In this document: positions 1 through 9,997 of the stretch, piece by piece
Position numbering within the stretch: the first letter of the stretch is position 1
Layout of the letters: each line of letters begins with the position of its first letter
Assembly (NCBI GenBank): GCA_964582375.1
Contig: CAZORL010000002.1
Coordinates: forward strand, 42,860 to 106,859
Source of the DNA: an uncultured Lachnospiraceae bacterium
Lineage (GTDB): Bacteria; Bacillota; Clostridia; Oscillospirales; CAG-272
DNA: 64,000 bases
Direction of reading: 5' to 3'
The notes under the pieces: model-generated
Seen by the model: only the letters and a program-made list of their open reading frames with translations
The model's database searches: none
What the model was told of the DNA's origin: nothing
Translations under genes and position numbers: made by a program

Positions 1-39
1 ATATTTGAGATTGAAAAGATAAAACAGGAGGAATTCACA

Positions 40-729
40 ATGGGAACAAAATTACTTGTAGTTGACGATGATGCCAACATTTGCGAAATGGTCAGGCTCT
101 ATCTTGAAAAAGAGGGCTACGAGGTCAAGACCGCCGTTGACGGTGTCGAGGGCGTAAGCTACTTCAAAATGTACGAGCCCGATCTCGTTCTGCTCGACAT
201 AATGCTTCCCCGCAAGGACGGCTGGCAGGTATGCCGCGAGATCCGCGAGATCTCGACAAAGCCGATCATCATGGTAACGGCAAAGGGAGAGGTCTTCGAC
301 AAGGTGCTCGGACTTGAGCTTGGTGCGGATGACTTCATGGTAAAGCCCTTTGACATGAAGGAACTGTCGGCACGTATCAAAGCGGTACTTCGCAGATACA
401 GTGCGCACGAGCAGAACTCGGACGATGAGGTCATAAAGTTTGACAACATCGAGATCAGCCTGCAAAAGTACGAGCTTAAGCTTGCCGGACGCTCGGTCGA
501 TATTCCCCCAAAGGAGCTCGAACTGCTCTATTTCCTTGCATCGAACTACAATCGCGTATTTACACGAGATCAGCTGCTCGACAAGGTCTGGGGATTTGAT
601 TATCTCGGCGACTCGCGCACGGTCGATGTTCATGTAAAGCGACTTCGCGAAAAGCTCGAGGGTGTATCGAACAAATGGATCCTCAAGACCGTTTGGGGCG
701 TCGGATACAAATTCGAGATCCTTCAATAA
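40..729 (+). CDS. OmpR/PhoB-family two-component response regulator
   Basis: 229 aa. It has receiver motifs (LLVVDDD, DLVLLDIMLP, KPIIMVTAKG) and a winged-helix C-terminus (VWGFDY..VDVHVKRLREKL). An AGGAGG RBS lies upstream. No sensor kinase follows. Confidence 0.9.
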   Translation: MGTKLLVVDDDANICEMVRLYLEKEGYEVKTAVDGVEGVSYFKMYEPDLVLLDIMLPRKDGWQVCREIREISTKPIIMVTAKGEVFDKVLGLELGADDFMVKPFDMKELSARIKAVLRRYSAHEQNSDDEVIKFDNIEISLQKYELKLAGRSVDIPPKELELLYFLASNYNRVFTRDQLLDKVWGFDYLGDSRTVDVHVKRLREKLEGVSNKWILKTVWGVGYKFEILQ

Positions 730-744
730 TCTGACATCATTATA

Positions 745-780
745 ATAATAACGCCGTCTCATATGAGGCGGCGTTATTAT
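745..780. terminator. Bidirectional hairpin between the response regulator and livF
   Basis: ataataacgccgtctc / gaggcggcgttattat inverted repeat, flanked by A/T runs and located between convergent genes. Confidence 0.6.
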
Positions 781-787
781 TATGGTA

Positions 788-1507
788 TTATCCACCGAGA
801 TAGGCGCGCTTGATGGTGTCGTCCTTGAGAAGATCACTTCCCGTGCCTTCTTTGACTATTCTTCCGACCTCAAGAACGTATGCTCTATCAGCGATGGCGA
901 GTGCCTTTTTCGCATTTTGTTCAACGAGTAGGACTGTCGTTCCGCTCTTATTGATCTCCTTGATCATATCGAAGATCGTATTAACATAAAGCGGAGAAAG
1001 TCCCATACTCGGTTCATCGAGAAGAACGAGCGATGGTTTTGACATAAGTGCGCGGCTCATGGCAAGCATCTGCTGTTCGCCGCCCGAAAGAGTTCCCGCA
1101 ACCTGTTTGGATCTTTCCTTCAATATAGGAAATCTCGAATAAATATCGGCAAGGCTTTCGTTAAACTCCGCCTTATCGCCTCGTGTATATGCTCCGAGCT
1201 GAAGATTTTCGAAAACGGTCAGTTCCTGAAAAATGCGTCTTCCCTCGGGGACCTGTGCCATCCCCATTGATGTAAGTTTATGCGCGGGAATATTTGTAAT
1301 ATCGCTGCCGCCGAATAAGACTTTCCCGGCTTTTTTGGGGATAAGTCCGTTAACGGCGTGCATTATAGTTGTTTTTCCTGCGCCGTTTGCGCCGATAAGT
1401 GCCACTATCTCGCCTTCATTTACCGAAAACGAAACACCTCTTATCGCGCGGATAAGTCCGTACGAGACTTCGAGATCATGTACTTCAAGCAGTGCCATAT
1501 CATTCAT
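788..1507 (-). CDS. livF: Branched-chain amino acid ABC transporter ATP-binding protein LivF
   Basis: Walker A GANGAGKTT, signature LSGGEQQ, and LivF-type length. It overlaps the livG stop codon. Confidence 0.93.
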   Translation of the reverse strand: MNDMALLEVHDLEVSYGLIRAIRGVSFSVNEGEIVALIGANGAGKTTIMHAVNGLIPKKAGKVLFGGSDITNIPAHKLTSMGMAQVPEGRRIFQELTVFENLQLGAYTRGDKAEFNESLADIYSRFPILKERSKQVAGTLSGGEQQMLAMSRALMSKPSLVLLDEPSMGLSPLYVNTIFDMIKEINKSGTTVLLVEQNAKKALAIADRAYVLEVGRIVKEGTGSDLLKDDTIKRAYLGG

Positions 1508-2288
1508 CCCCCAAATAAGCTTTAATTACGATCGGATCGTTAAGCACAGGTTCGGTATCTCCCTGTGCAAGAACAGTTCCGAAATTGAGAACGGTAAGTT
1601 CCTCGCAAATGCCGCTGACAAGGCTCATATCGTGTTCGATAAGAAGCACTGTCACCTTAAAATGTTCTCTGATGAACTTAATAGTTTCCATCAATTCGGC
1701 AGTCTCCTGAGGATTCATACCTGCGGCAGGTTCGTCAAGGAGAAGAAGTTTGGGACGCGTTGCAAGTGCGCGTGCTATCTCGAGTTTTCTTTGTTTACCG
1801 TAAGGAAGATTTGAGGCAAGATTATTGCGCTCATCGAGCAGTCCGAATATTGACAGCAGTGATTTTGCCTCATCGCGCATCTTTTTCTCGATCTCGTAGT
1901 GATATTTTGTTCGGAATGCGCTGTGCAGCGGATTGCATTTATACTCGGGAAGGTTATGCATACCGACGAGAACATTTCGAATGACGCTCATATTATTGAA
2001 AAGTCTTATATTTTGGAATGTTCTCGCAATTCCGTGGCGGCAGATATATTCTTGGCTTTTTCCCGTCATATCGATACCATCGAGATAAAATTTACCGGTA
2101 GTCGGCGTATAGACTCCTGTTATCATATTGAAAAAAGTCGTTTTTCCCGCACCATTCGGTCCGATAAGCCCGTAGAGCGCACCCTCTTTGATCTTGATAT
2201 TAAGGTTATCAGCCGCCTTCAGACCACCGAAGGAAATGCCGAGGTTTTCGGTTTCAAGTACGTATTTAGTCTTTGAATTATCCATCAT
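1500..2288 (-). CDS. livG: Branched-chain amino acid ABC transporter ATP-binding protein LivG
   Basis: Walker A GPNGAGKTT, signature LPYGKQRKLEIARAL, and a LivG-type C-terminus. Confidence 0.93.
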   Translation of the reverse strand: MMDNSKTKYVLETENLGISFGGLKAADNLNIKIKEGALYGLIGPNGAGKTTFFNMITGVYTPTTGKFYLDGIDMTGKSQEYICRHGIARTFQNIRLFNNMSVIRNVLVGMHNLPEYKCNPLHSAFRTKYHYEIEKKMRDEAKSLLSIFGLLDERNNLASNLPYGKQRKLEIARALATRPKLLLLDEPAAGMNPQETAELMETIKFIREHFKVTVLLIEHDMSLVSGICEELTVLNFGTVLAQGDTEPVLNDPIVIKAYLGDE

Positions 2289-2291
2289 CGG

Positions 2292-3449
2292 TCAATCTCC
2301 TTTCTCGGGTTTATCGGGTGTGAACGGATCCTCGGGTCTTATGTCGGCAGACAGAAGCTCGTCCATTTTGACCTTGGTCGGTATTCTGCTCCACTGCGCC
2401 TCATCGTCCTTGACCTTTTCAAGTGACTGTTTTTTATGCGGGAAAAGTTTACGGAGAAGGATCGACGGCGAATATTTTTCGCGTGCCGATTTAAGTGCGG
2501 GAGCGTTATTGAAGATAACGAGCGTGATAAGAATGAGCGCGTAAATAAGATATTTAAGTGCCGCAAGATCGCCCGAAAGCTTTGTTGTAAGCTTGAAATT
2601 GATATATGTGAGAAGTGTCGCTGAGATGATCGAGCCGTTGATCGAGCCCATACCGCCGAGGACGACCATTACAAGAATCTCGATGGAATAGTTATAGCTG
2701 AATGCGGAATAGCTTATCGGGGTCGTTGCAAATCCATAGAGAACACCTGCAATACCGGTAAAGAAAGCGGACAGGACGAAGGCGAAGAGCTTATAAAAAG
2801 TAACGTTGATACCCATTGAATGGGCGGCGATCTCATTGTCGCGAATAGCAGTGATCGCTCTGCCGTGTTTTGATCTGATAAGATTCTGCGTGATGACAAG
2901 AATCACAAAAAGAACAGCAAAAGCAACTACAAATTCGGAATTTCCGTATCTAATAGAGCTTGTACGGAGTCCGAGCGCACCGCCGAAGCACTCGAGATTC
3001 ATAAAGACATTACGCACGATCTCGCCGAACGCAAGCGTTGTTATTGCGAGGTAGTCACCCTTAAGCTTAAGCACGGGGATACCGATCAAGAGTCCGCAAA
3101 GAGCCGCCGCAGTTCCGCCAACGATCATACCTATTATCAAAAGCAAAAGCTTTGATCCGACAACGCCGTGAAGAGCATTTGCGACAAAACAGCCGATGTA
3201 TGCGCCGACGCACATAAATCCGGCATGTCCGAGGCTAAGCTCACCGAGAAATCCTACGACGATATTCAGCGAGACAGCGAGGATAATGCTGTAGCCGATC
3301 TGCATAAGAAGATTTGCGGTCGATGCTCGCATCGAACCCGAGTAGTACATGACGGCAGTCACCACAAGTGCAACGAGAACGGCAGCGTAATTTGTATAAT
3401 GCTTTACCTTAAAATTTGATCTGACATGTGAAAACCAACTCACGCTCAC
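2292..3449 (-). CDS. livM: Branched-chain amino acid ABC transporter permease LivM
   Basis: Polytopic membrane protein with a 4-nt overlap with livH. The C-terminal tail of about 60 aa is hydrophilic. Confidence 0.88.
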   Translation of the reverse strand: MSVSWFSHVRSNFKVKHYTNYAAVLVALVVTAVMYYSGSMRASTANLLMQIGYSIILAVSLNIVVGFLGELSLGHAGFMCVGAYIGCFVANALHGVVGSKLLLLIIGMIVGGTAAALCGLLIGIPVLKLKGDYLAITTLAFGEIVRNVFMNLECFGGALGLRTSSIRYGNSEFVVAFAVLFVILVITQNLIRSKHGRAITAIRDNEIAAHSMGINVTFYKLFAFVLSAFFTGIAGVLYGFATTPISYSAFSYNYSIEILVMVVLGGMGSINGSIISATLLTYINFKLTTKLSGDLAALKYLIYALILITLVIFNNAPALKSAREKYSPSILLRKLFPHKKQSLEKVKDDEAQWSRIPTKVKMDELLSADIRPEDPFTPDKPEKGD

Positions 3450-4309
3450 ACCTTCTCTCTGCGTTTTTTACCGAGCAGTCCCGTCGGTCGGAACATTAAA
3501 ATAAGTATCAGCAGTGCAAACTCGATCGCTGTCGTATACGGACCGACTCCGGGGATCGATTGGACTACCTTCTCGACCATCCCGAGGAAAATACCGCCAA
3601 CCATCGCACCCGGGATCGAACCGATACCGCCTATTACGGCGGCAGTGAATGCCTTTATACCCGGCATTGAACCGAGTGTAGGGGTAATCGACGGCGTTTT
3701 AAGTATATAAAAAAGACTTGCAAACGCTGCGAGCATTGATCCGATGGCGAACGTGACCGAAATGATAACATTTACGTTTACGCCCATGAGTTGTGCCGCC
3801 GATCTGTCCTCGGAAACGGCAAACATCGCTCTGCCGAGCTTTGATGTCTGGATAAACACGGTGAGTACCACCATAATGACGGTTGCCGCGGCAAGTGTTA
3901 TGAGTGCCGAGATCTGCACGGTCGTTCCGAAAAGCTCGACTGCGCCGAGAGACGGAATAGGGCTTGGCTTTGGCGTTGACCCGAAGACGAGTTGTGCGAC
4001 ACTTTGCAGAAGATAGGACACGCCGATCGCGGTAATAAGCACTGCAAGGGGAGATGCTCCTCTGAGCGGCTTATATGCGACCTTTTCAACAGCTATGCCG
4101 AGGGCGGTGCAGATGACGATTGCCGCAACAAAAGCGATGACAAAGTTGCCTGACATTGAAAATGTTGTAACGAGTGCGTACGCCCCGACCATAATAATAT
4201 CGCCGTGCGCAAAATTCAGCATCTTGGCTATACCGTATACCATCGTATAGCCGAGAGCAATAAGTGCATATATTGCCCCGAGGCTGAGTCCGTCAATAAT
4301 TGTACTCAT
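3446..4309 (-). CDS. livH: Branched-chain amino acid ABC transporter permease LivH
   Basis: LivH-like N-terminus (GLSLGAIYALIALGYTMVYG) and its operon position. Confidence 0.9.
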   Translation of the reverse strand: MSTIIDGLSLGAIYALIALGYTMVYGIAKMLNFAHGDIIMVGAYALVTTFSMSGNFVIAFVAAIVICTALGIAVEKVAYKPLRGASPLAVLITAIGVSYLLQSVAQLVFGSTPKPSPIPSLGAVELFGTTVQISALITLAAATVIMVVLTVFIQTSKLGRAMFAVSEDRSAAQLMGVNVNVIISVTFAIGSMLAAFASLFYILKTPSITPTLGSMPGIKAFTAAVIGGIGSIPGAMVGGIFLGMVEKVVQSIPGVGPYTTAIEFALLILILMFRPTGLLGKKRREKV

Positions 4310-4495
4310 TTTATAGATCCTTTCTTGTCCGATCTTTCACAGAAAAGTCGGGCAAAAACGATAGCTCGAACTTTTTCCGAGTATTTATCTTATATACCAA
4401 TTATATACCAACACTGCTCAATTCGCAGTGGTAACCGAACACCCTTTCGAGGATTGTCGGAAGAGTATTCGGCACCAAAAAGCTAATGCTTATGA

Positions 4496-5635
4496 TTATT
4501 TCTTTGTGAATACTACGATCTGTGCGTCTTTATTGCAAGAGCCGCTTGCGTTCCATGTCATATCACCGGTCACACCCTCATACTTGAAGGACTCGGAGGT
4601 GAAGACTTTTTTAAGTGCCTCGCAAAGATCTGCCGCACTGATCTTAACATCCTTAACATCGGCAGTCTTCATAGCCTCATAGATCGCCATGACAGCGTCA
4701 TACGCGTCTGCGGCGAACTGATCGGGAACGGTATTGTACGCATCCTTGTACTTGGTAACGAATGTCGAAACCTTTTCGTCAGTGCTTGCCGCATCGAACG
4801 GGGTGATATAGCGAACCGAGTTTGCTACAGTATCGTTTGCACTGAACATCTTATCAATACCGTCAAAGCCATCACAACCGAAGACATCGGATGTGCAACC
4901 CTTTGCGCCGCACTCTTTAATGATGAGGGAGGCTTCTTCATAGTAGATGGGAAGGAAGATCACGTCACAATCCTTGAGAGCCTCGACCTGAGTTGAGAAA
5001 TCCTTGTTGGTCTCGGATGTGAAAGACTGTTCTTTGAATGTCTTGTTAAGCTCGCCCATTCTCTTCTTGAACGCCTTAAAGAGGTCGCTCGAATATGTAT
5101 CGCTCGAATCGTAGATCGCGCCGATATTCGAATAGCTCTTGGCAAGCTCCTCTGCGGCAAGTGTTCCCTGTTGATCGTCACCGAAGCAGACACGGAATGC
5201 ATTATTCTCAGCAATTACCGCCTCGTTGGATGCGGAGGGGGTGAGGAAGAACACACTGTTGGTGAACGCCTCAGCTGCAAAGGATGCGCATGAGCCGGAT
5301 GTCGTCGAGCCGATCGATGCCTGCATTCCCTTCTCAAAGAGTGTGTTGAAGCCATTTTTTGCATCAACCTCTGTTGCCTTATCGTCGATCATCTCAAACG
5401 AGAATTTGATTCCGTTGAGTCCGCCAAGTTCGTCGTTGATCACCTTAACGGCAAGCTCAGCACCCTGTTTAACAGAGATACCGTAAGAGGAATTCTCCCC
5501 CGTAAGAGGTCCTGTTCCTCCGAGGAAAAATGTCTTGTTGTCTTTGGTGTAGTCGCCGGAGTTGCATCCCGCAAAGCAGGTTGCAACGAAGGTCGCAGCA
5601 GAGAGAACCGCTGCAGCTTTGAAGAATTTTTTCAT
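4496..5635 (-). CDS. livJ: Branched-chain amino acid ABC transporter substrate-binding lipoprotein
   Basis: Lipobox FAGC after an N-terminal signal, and a type-I periplasmic binding fold sequence (GPLTGENSSYG). It is the first gene of the liv operon. Confidence 0.88.
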   Translation of the reverse strand: MKKFFKAAAVLSAATFVATCFAGCNSGDYTKDNKTFFLGGTGPLTGENSSYGISVKQGAELAVKVINDELGGLNGIKFSFEMIDDKATEVDAKNGFNTLFEKGMQASIGSTTSGSCASFAAEAFTNSVFFLTPSASNEAVIAENNAFRVCFGDDQQGTLAAEELAKSYSNIGAIYDSSDTYSSDLFKAFKKRMGELNKTFKEQSFTSETNKDFSTQVEALKDCDVIFLPIYYEEASLIIKECGAKGCTSDVFGCDGFDGIDKMFSANDTVANSVRYITPFDAASTDEKVSTFVTKYKDAYNTVPDQFAADAYDAVMAIYEAMKTADVKDVKISAADLCEALKKVFTSESFKYEGVTGDMTWNASGSCNKDAQIVVFTKK

Positions 5636-5716
5636 GTTTGTCTCTCCTTTTGCCTGACTGGCAATAAAATATCTATTTTAAGATCGCAAAAGCGATCAAA
5701 AAACCAAAAATTGGCT

Positions 5717-5745
5717 AAAAAAATCGGTCTGCACTCGGCAAACCG
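5717..5745 (-). terminator. Intrinsic terminator downstream of the small membrane-protein gene
   Basis: Minus-strand stem cggtttgc/gcagaccg (8 bp, one G-U pair) followed by ATTTTTTT. Confidence 0.6.
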
Positions 5746-5769
5746 TCTGATGTGAATATATCGGTCGTG

Positions 5770-6078
5770 TTAACCGTTTGTTTCACAGATCAAATTTGCC
5801 GTTTTTCTATAGGTGCTTATAATCACGCGTGAAATTATGGATATGGATATAATTATAATAATCGCAAAAATCACGACAGAGAGGGAAAGCACGCAAAGAG
5901 CTACAGTTAGTGCGAGCACAAAAATAGCGGACACGGCAAAGAGCACAGTGTCCGCAAAGGATGCGTTATTCGAATTCGAGGTCATATTATCGGCAGAAAA
6001 CGAGCAAGCAGAGAAAGCCCTTGCGGATGCAGTGGCTGACTGAGTATAAGCTGTATTCATACAAGTTACCGTGCTCAT
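5770..6078 (-). CDS. Hypothetical small membrane protein (102 aa) with two C-terminal hydrophobic segments
   Basis: An AAGGAGAA RBS lies 8 nt upstream of the ATG. The gene has its own consensus promoter and terminator. The N-terminus is rich in Ser, Thr and Ala. Confidence 0.6.
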   Translation of the reverse strand: MSTVTCMNTAYTQSATASARAFSACSFSADNMTSNSNNASFADTVLFAVSAIFVLALTVALCVLSLSVVIFAIIIIISISIISRVIISTYRKTANLICETNG

Positions 6079-6143
6079 CTTGCTTTTCTCCTTACGAAAA
6101 TATCTTTCCTCAAAAGTTCTCGCTTTTGAAAAAGTATGGGCAT

Positions 6144-6172
6144 ATTATATCACACAAGTGCGAACATGTCAA
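6144..6172 (-). promoter_or_regulatory. SigA-type promoter (TTGACA-17-TATAAT) for the small membrane-protein gene
   Basis: Minus strand reads TTGACAtgttcgcacttgtgtgaTATAAT. Both hexamers match the consensus perfectly and the -16 element is TGTGA. Confidence 0.65.
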
Positions 6173-6256
6173 TCGGTAAAATAAACAAGAATAAGAAAGT
6201 TTTTGTGCCCATCATCGGTGGATTGTATAAGAATTTCACCAAAGACAAATTTTTGC

Positions 6257-6292
6257 CGAAAAATTTAAGCCCCTCGCTTTCACAAGGGGCTT
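6257..6292 (-). terminator. rpoC terminator
   Basis: aagcccct/aggggctt stem 35 nt after the rpoC stop codon, followed on the minus strand by AAATTTTT. Confidence 0.65.
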
Positions 6293-6326
6293 AAACCTTA
6301 AAAATTACGCTTTATTTTATACAAGT

Positions 6327-9300
6327 TCAATCGTCGACTGAATCGTCATCAACAAAGTCGTATGGGATATCGTCTTCCTCATATCCGAGATCAGATGAAG
6401 ATCCGACGATGCAAGGTTCAATAACTCTCTTGCGCTCCTCGACCTTTTCCTTGACGGGTTCACCCTGCTCGACCTCGATATTACTGTATCTGTCCATACC
6501 CGTACCTGCGGGGATAAGCTTACCGATTATGACGTTTTCCTTAAGACCGACAAGATGGTCGATCTTGCCTGCAATTGCAGCCTCGGTGAGGACCTTGGTG
6601 GTCTCCTGGAAGGATGCTGCCGACATAAAGGACTCTGTTTGGAGAGCCGCCTTTGTGATACCGAGAAGGACGGGCGATGCCTTCGCAAGGCAGAGATCGC
6701 GCTCACCGGCATCGATCCTCTTTTGAAGTTCTTCGTTGGTTCTTTCGAACTCGATAACATCAACAAGCGTTCCGACAAGAAATTCGGTATCTCCCGACTC
6801 TTCGACGCGGCACTTTCTGGTCATCTGTCTTGCGATGACCTCGATATGCTTATCGTTGATATCAACAGACTGCAGGCGGTAGACCTTTTGAACCTCACGA
6901 ATAAGATAATCGTAAGCCTCATCAAGACCATTGATCCTGGTAATATCGGCAAGGCACATACTACCTTCGGTGATCGGATCGCCATGGATGACATAGTCGC
7001 CCTCTTTGACGATCATTCTCGTACCGTAAGGAATGGAGTAAGAGACGCTCTCTCCCGTCTGTGTACTGCGAATCGTGACCTTTCTCGCACGCTTTTCATC
7101 AGAGATGGATATAGTTCCGTCGATATCGGCAGCAACCGAGGTCTTCTTGGGGCGTCTTGCCTCAAAGAGTTCCTCGACACGAGGCAGACCCTGTGTAATA
7201 TCGGATGCCGACGCAACACCACCCGTATGGAAGTTTCTCATTGTCAGCTGAGTACCCGGCTCACCTATCGACTGAGCGGCAACGATGCCGACTGCCTCAC
7301 CGACATTGATCTTATTAGTGGTGGCAAGGTCCATACCGTAGCAATGTGAGCAGACGCCGTATTTGCACTTACACTGAAGGACTGTTCTGATATCGACCTC
7401 TTCGATGCCTGCGGAGATGATCTTATTGACCTCTGCCTCATTCATCATCGTGTCTGCGGGAACAATGATCTCGCCGGTGGTCGGATCAACGACATCGCCG
7501 AGAGTATATCTGCCAAGCAGACGCTCGGAAAGTTTTTCAAGGGTGCTGTCGCCGTCCTTGATCTCACGAACGGTCATGCCCTTAGTGGTATGGCAATTTT
7601 CCTCGCGGATAATGATATCCTGTGCGACATCAACAAGACGACGGGTCAGGTAACCCGAGTCTGCCGTACGAAGTGCGGTATCCGACAGAGCCTTACGCGC
7701 TCCGCGCGCTGCAAGGAAGTATTCGAGGATATTAAGACCCTCGCGGAAGTTTGATTTAATAGGAAGCTCGGATGCACGTCCGGATGCTGCTGACATGATA
7801 CCGCGCATACCTGCAAGCTGTCTCATCTGAGTCATGTTACCGCGGGCACCCGAGTCAGCCATCATCTTGATAGGATTGTACCTATCGAACGAATCCTTGA
7901 TGATCTCGACGACCTGCTTGGTAGCCTGATCCCAAATATCCATAACGCTCTTATAGCGTTCATCCTCGGTCAACTCACCGCGCAGGAAGTGCTCGTGAAT
8001 GACCTCAACTCGCTTATCCGATTCGGCGATAAGTTTATCCTTTTCGGGGGAAACCTCGACGTCGGATACGGCGATCGAAATGGATGCAAGGGTAGAGTAT
8101 TTATAGCCTGTCGCCTTGATATGGTCAAGAACTTCGGCAGTAACGCTCGGACCGTGCTCCTTGATCGTTCTGTTGATGATCTCGCCTATCTGCTTTTTGC
8201 CGCAGGTAAACATGATCTCGAGATCGCAAACATGCTCGGGGTTGTCTCTGTCAACATATCCGAGATCCTGCGGAATGAATTTATTGAATATAAGTCTGCC
8301 ATAGGTTGCGTCAACGAGTTTTGTATAGCTCTTACCGTTATATTCGACGGTTCGGCGCACCTTGATGGGAGCGTGGAGACCGACGTTTCCAAGCTCATAC
8401 GCCATCTCGACCTCATCCATGTCGCGGAAGATGTGTCCCTCGCCCTTCTCGCCTGCGCGGTCGATTGTAAGGTAGTACGAACCGAGGATCATATCCTGTG
8501 TAGGAACAGCAACGGCTTTACCGTCGGCGGGTTTCAAAAGGTTATTGGCGGAAAGCATCAAGAATCTTGCCTCAGCCTGAGCCTCGCTCGAAAGCGGAAC
8601 GTGTACGGGCATCTGGTCACCGTCGAAGTCGGCGTTAAATGCGGTACAAACGAGCGGATGGAGCTTGATCGCTCTTCCCTCAACGAGCACGGGTTCAAAT
8701 GCCTGAATAGACAGACGGTGAAGGGTAGGTGCGCGGTTAAGAAGTACGGGATGCTCTTTTATAACGATCTCGAGTGCGTCCCAAACATCGTTATCGACCT
8801 TTTCGACCTTCTTCTTTGCATCCTTGATATTGTTCGCTTTCTGTGTCTCAACGAGACGCTTCATAACGAACGGCTTAAAGAGTTCGAGTGCCATTTCTTT
8901 AGGAAGACCGCACTGGAATATCTTGAGTTCAGGACCGACGACGATAACCGAACGTCCCGAATAGTCAACACGCTTACCGAGCAGGTTCTGACGGAAACGT
9001 CCCTGCTTACCGCGGAGCATCTCCGAAAGGGACTTGAACGGACGGTTGGAGGGACCTGTTACCGGCTTGCCGCGCTTACCGTTATCGATCAGAGCGTCAA
9101 CTGCTTCCTGGAGCATTCTGCGCTCGTTACGAACGATTATCTCGGGAGCGCGAAGCTCCATGAGTCTCTTAAGGCGGTTATTTCTGTTGATAACGCGTCT
9201 GTAAAGATCATTAAGGTCGGACGATGCAAAGCGTCCGCCGTCGAGCTGAACCATGGGGCGAATATCCGGAGGAATGACCGGGATAACGTCGAGGATCATC

Positions 9301-9986
9301 CATTCGGGTTTATTGCCCGATTTACGGAATGCCTCAACGACCTCAAGACGCTTGATCAGCTTAGTCTTCTTCTGACCCGAGGCGGTCTTAAGTTCATTTT
9401 TAAGCTGCTCGGAGAGGGCATCGATATCGAGATCATGGAGCAGTTCCTTGATCGCCTCGCCTCCCATACCGACTCTGAAGGTATCTCCGTAGCGTTCGAG
9501 GCAATCGTTATACTCGCGCTCGCTGATGACCTGATTTTTTGCAAGCTTGGTTATCTCGGTATCACCCGGATCGATAACGATATACTGTGCGTAATAAAGC
9601 ACCTTTTCGAGTGTACGAGGGGGAATTTCAAGCAGTGTTCCCATTTTTGAGGGAATTGCGCGGAAATACCAGATGTGCGAAACGGGAGTCGCAAGTTCGA
9701 TATGACCCATACGCTCGCGACGAACCTTCTTTGTGGTCACGTCAACGCCGCATTTCTCACATTTTTTATTAGAGTAGTGAACTCTCTTATATTTGCCGCA
9801 AAGGCATTCCCAGTCCTTTGTCGGACCAAAGATGCGCTCGCAGAAAAGTCCGTCACGCTCTGCTTTGAGCGTGCGGTAGTTGATGGTTTCAGGCTTTTTT
9901 ACCTCACCGTATGACCAACTGCGGATCATTTCGGGAGATGCAAGTCCAATTTTTATAGAGGCAAACTGATTATCTTCCATCTGCAT
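6327..9986 (-). CDS. rpoC: DNA-directed RNA polymerase subunit beta'
   Basis: 1219 aa with the NADFDGD catalytic motif and Zn-binding CxC..CxxC at the N-terminus. Confidence 0.98.
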   Translation of the reverse strand: MQMEDNQFASIKIGLASPEMIRSWSYGEVKKPETINYRTLKAERDGLFCERIFGPTKDWECLCGKYKRVHYSNKKCEKCGVDVTTKKVRRERMGHIELATPVSHIWYFRAIPSKMGTLLEIPPRTLEKVLYYAQYIVIDPGDTEITKLAKNQVISEREYNDCLERYGDTFRVGMGGEAIKELLHDLDIDALSEQLKNELKTASGQKKTKLIKRLEVVEAFRKSGNKPEWMILDVIPVIPPDIRPMVQLDGGRFASSDLNDLYRRVINRNNRLKRLMELRAPEIIVRNERRMLQEAVDALIDNGKRGKPVTGPSNRPFKSLSEMLRGKQGRFRQNLLGKRVDYSGRSVIVVGPELKIFQCGLPKEMALELFKPFVMKRLVETQKANNIKDAKKKVEKVDNDVWDALEIVIKEHPVLLNRAPTLHRLSIQAFEPVLVEGRAIKLHPLVCTAFNADFDGDQMPVHVPLSSEAQAEARFLMLSANNLLKPADGKAVAVPTQDMILGSYYLTIDRAGEKGEGHIFRDMDEVEMAYELGNVGLHAPIKVRRTVEYNGKSYTKLVDATYGRLIFNKFIPQDLGYVDRDNPEHVCDLEIMFTCGKKQIGEIINRTIKEHGPSVTAEVLDHIKATGYKYSTLASISIAVSDVEVSPEKDKLIAESDKRVEVIHEHFLRGELTEDERYKSVMDIWDQATKQVVEIIKDSFDRYNPIKMMADSGARGNMTQMRQLAGMRGIMSAASGRASELPIKSNFREGLNILEYFLAARGARKALSDTALRTADSGYLTRRLVDVAQDIIIREENCHTTKGMTVREIKDGDSTLEKLSERLLGRYTLGDVVDPTTGEIIVPADTMMNEAEVNKIISAGIEEVDIRTVLQCKCKYGVCSHCYGMDLATTNKINVGEAVGIVAAQSIGEPGTQLTMRNFHTGGVASASDITQGLPRVEELFEARRPKKTSVAADIDGTISISDEKRARKVTIRSTQTGESVSYSIPYGTRMIVKEGDYVIHGDPITEGSMCLADITRINGLDEAYDYLIREVQKVYRLQSVDINDKHIEVIARQMTRKCRVEESGDTEFLVGTLVDVIEFERTNEELQKRIDAGERDLCLAKASPVLLGITKAALQTESFMSAASFQETTKVLTEAAIAGKIDHLVGLKENVIIGKLIPAGTGMDRYSNIEVEQGEPVKEKVEERKRVIEPCIVGSSSDLGYEEDDIPYDFVDDDSVDD

Positions 9987-9997
9987 TTTCTCCTCTC

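Noticed and set aside
788-796. DnaA-box-like TTATCCACC
   Set aside because: It is a single imperfect copy that overlaps the livF stop codon. There is no cluster of boxes or AT-rich unwinding element, so this is not an origin.
52-837. 261-aa ORF antisense to the response-regulator gene
   Set aside because: It lies entirely opposite a gene with clear family motifs. It has no RBS and its sequence is low-information. It is a typical shadow ORF.
5666-5679. Palindrome AAAATAtcTATTTT upstream of livJ as a CodY-type operator
   Set aside because: It does not match the AATTTTCWGAAAATT consensus well, and AT-rich palindromes are frequent in promoters. It is left as unproven.
5813-6043. 76-aa plus-strand ORF opposite the small membrane-protein gene
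   Set aside because: It has no RBS or promoter, whereas the minus-strand ORF has a consensus promoter, a strong RBS and a terminator.
7989-9650. 553-aa ORF antisense to rpoC, plus a 264-aa ORF at 6555-7349
   Set aside because: These are shadow ORFs inside the unambiguous rpoC coding region, with no independent signals.
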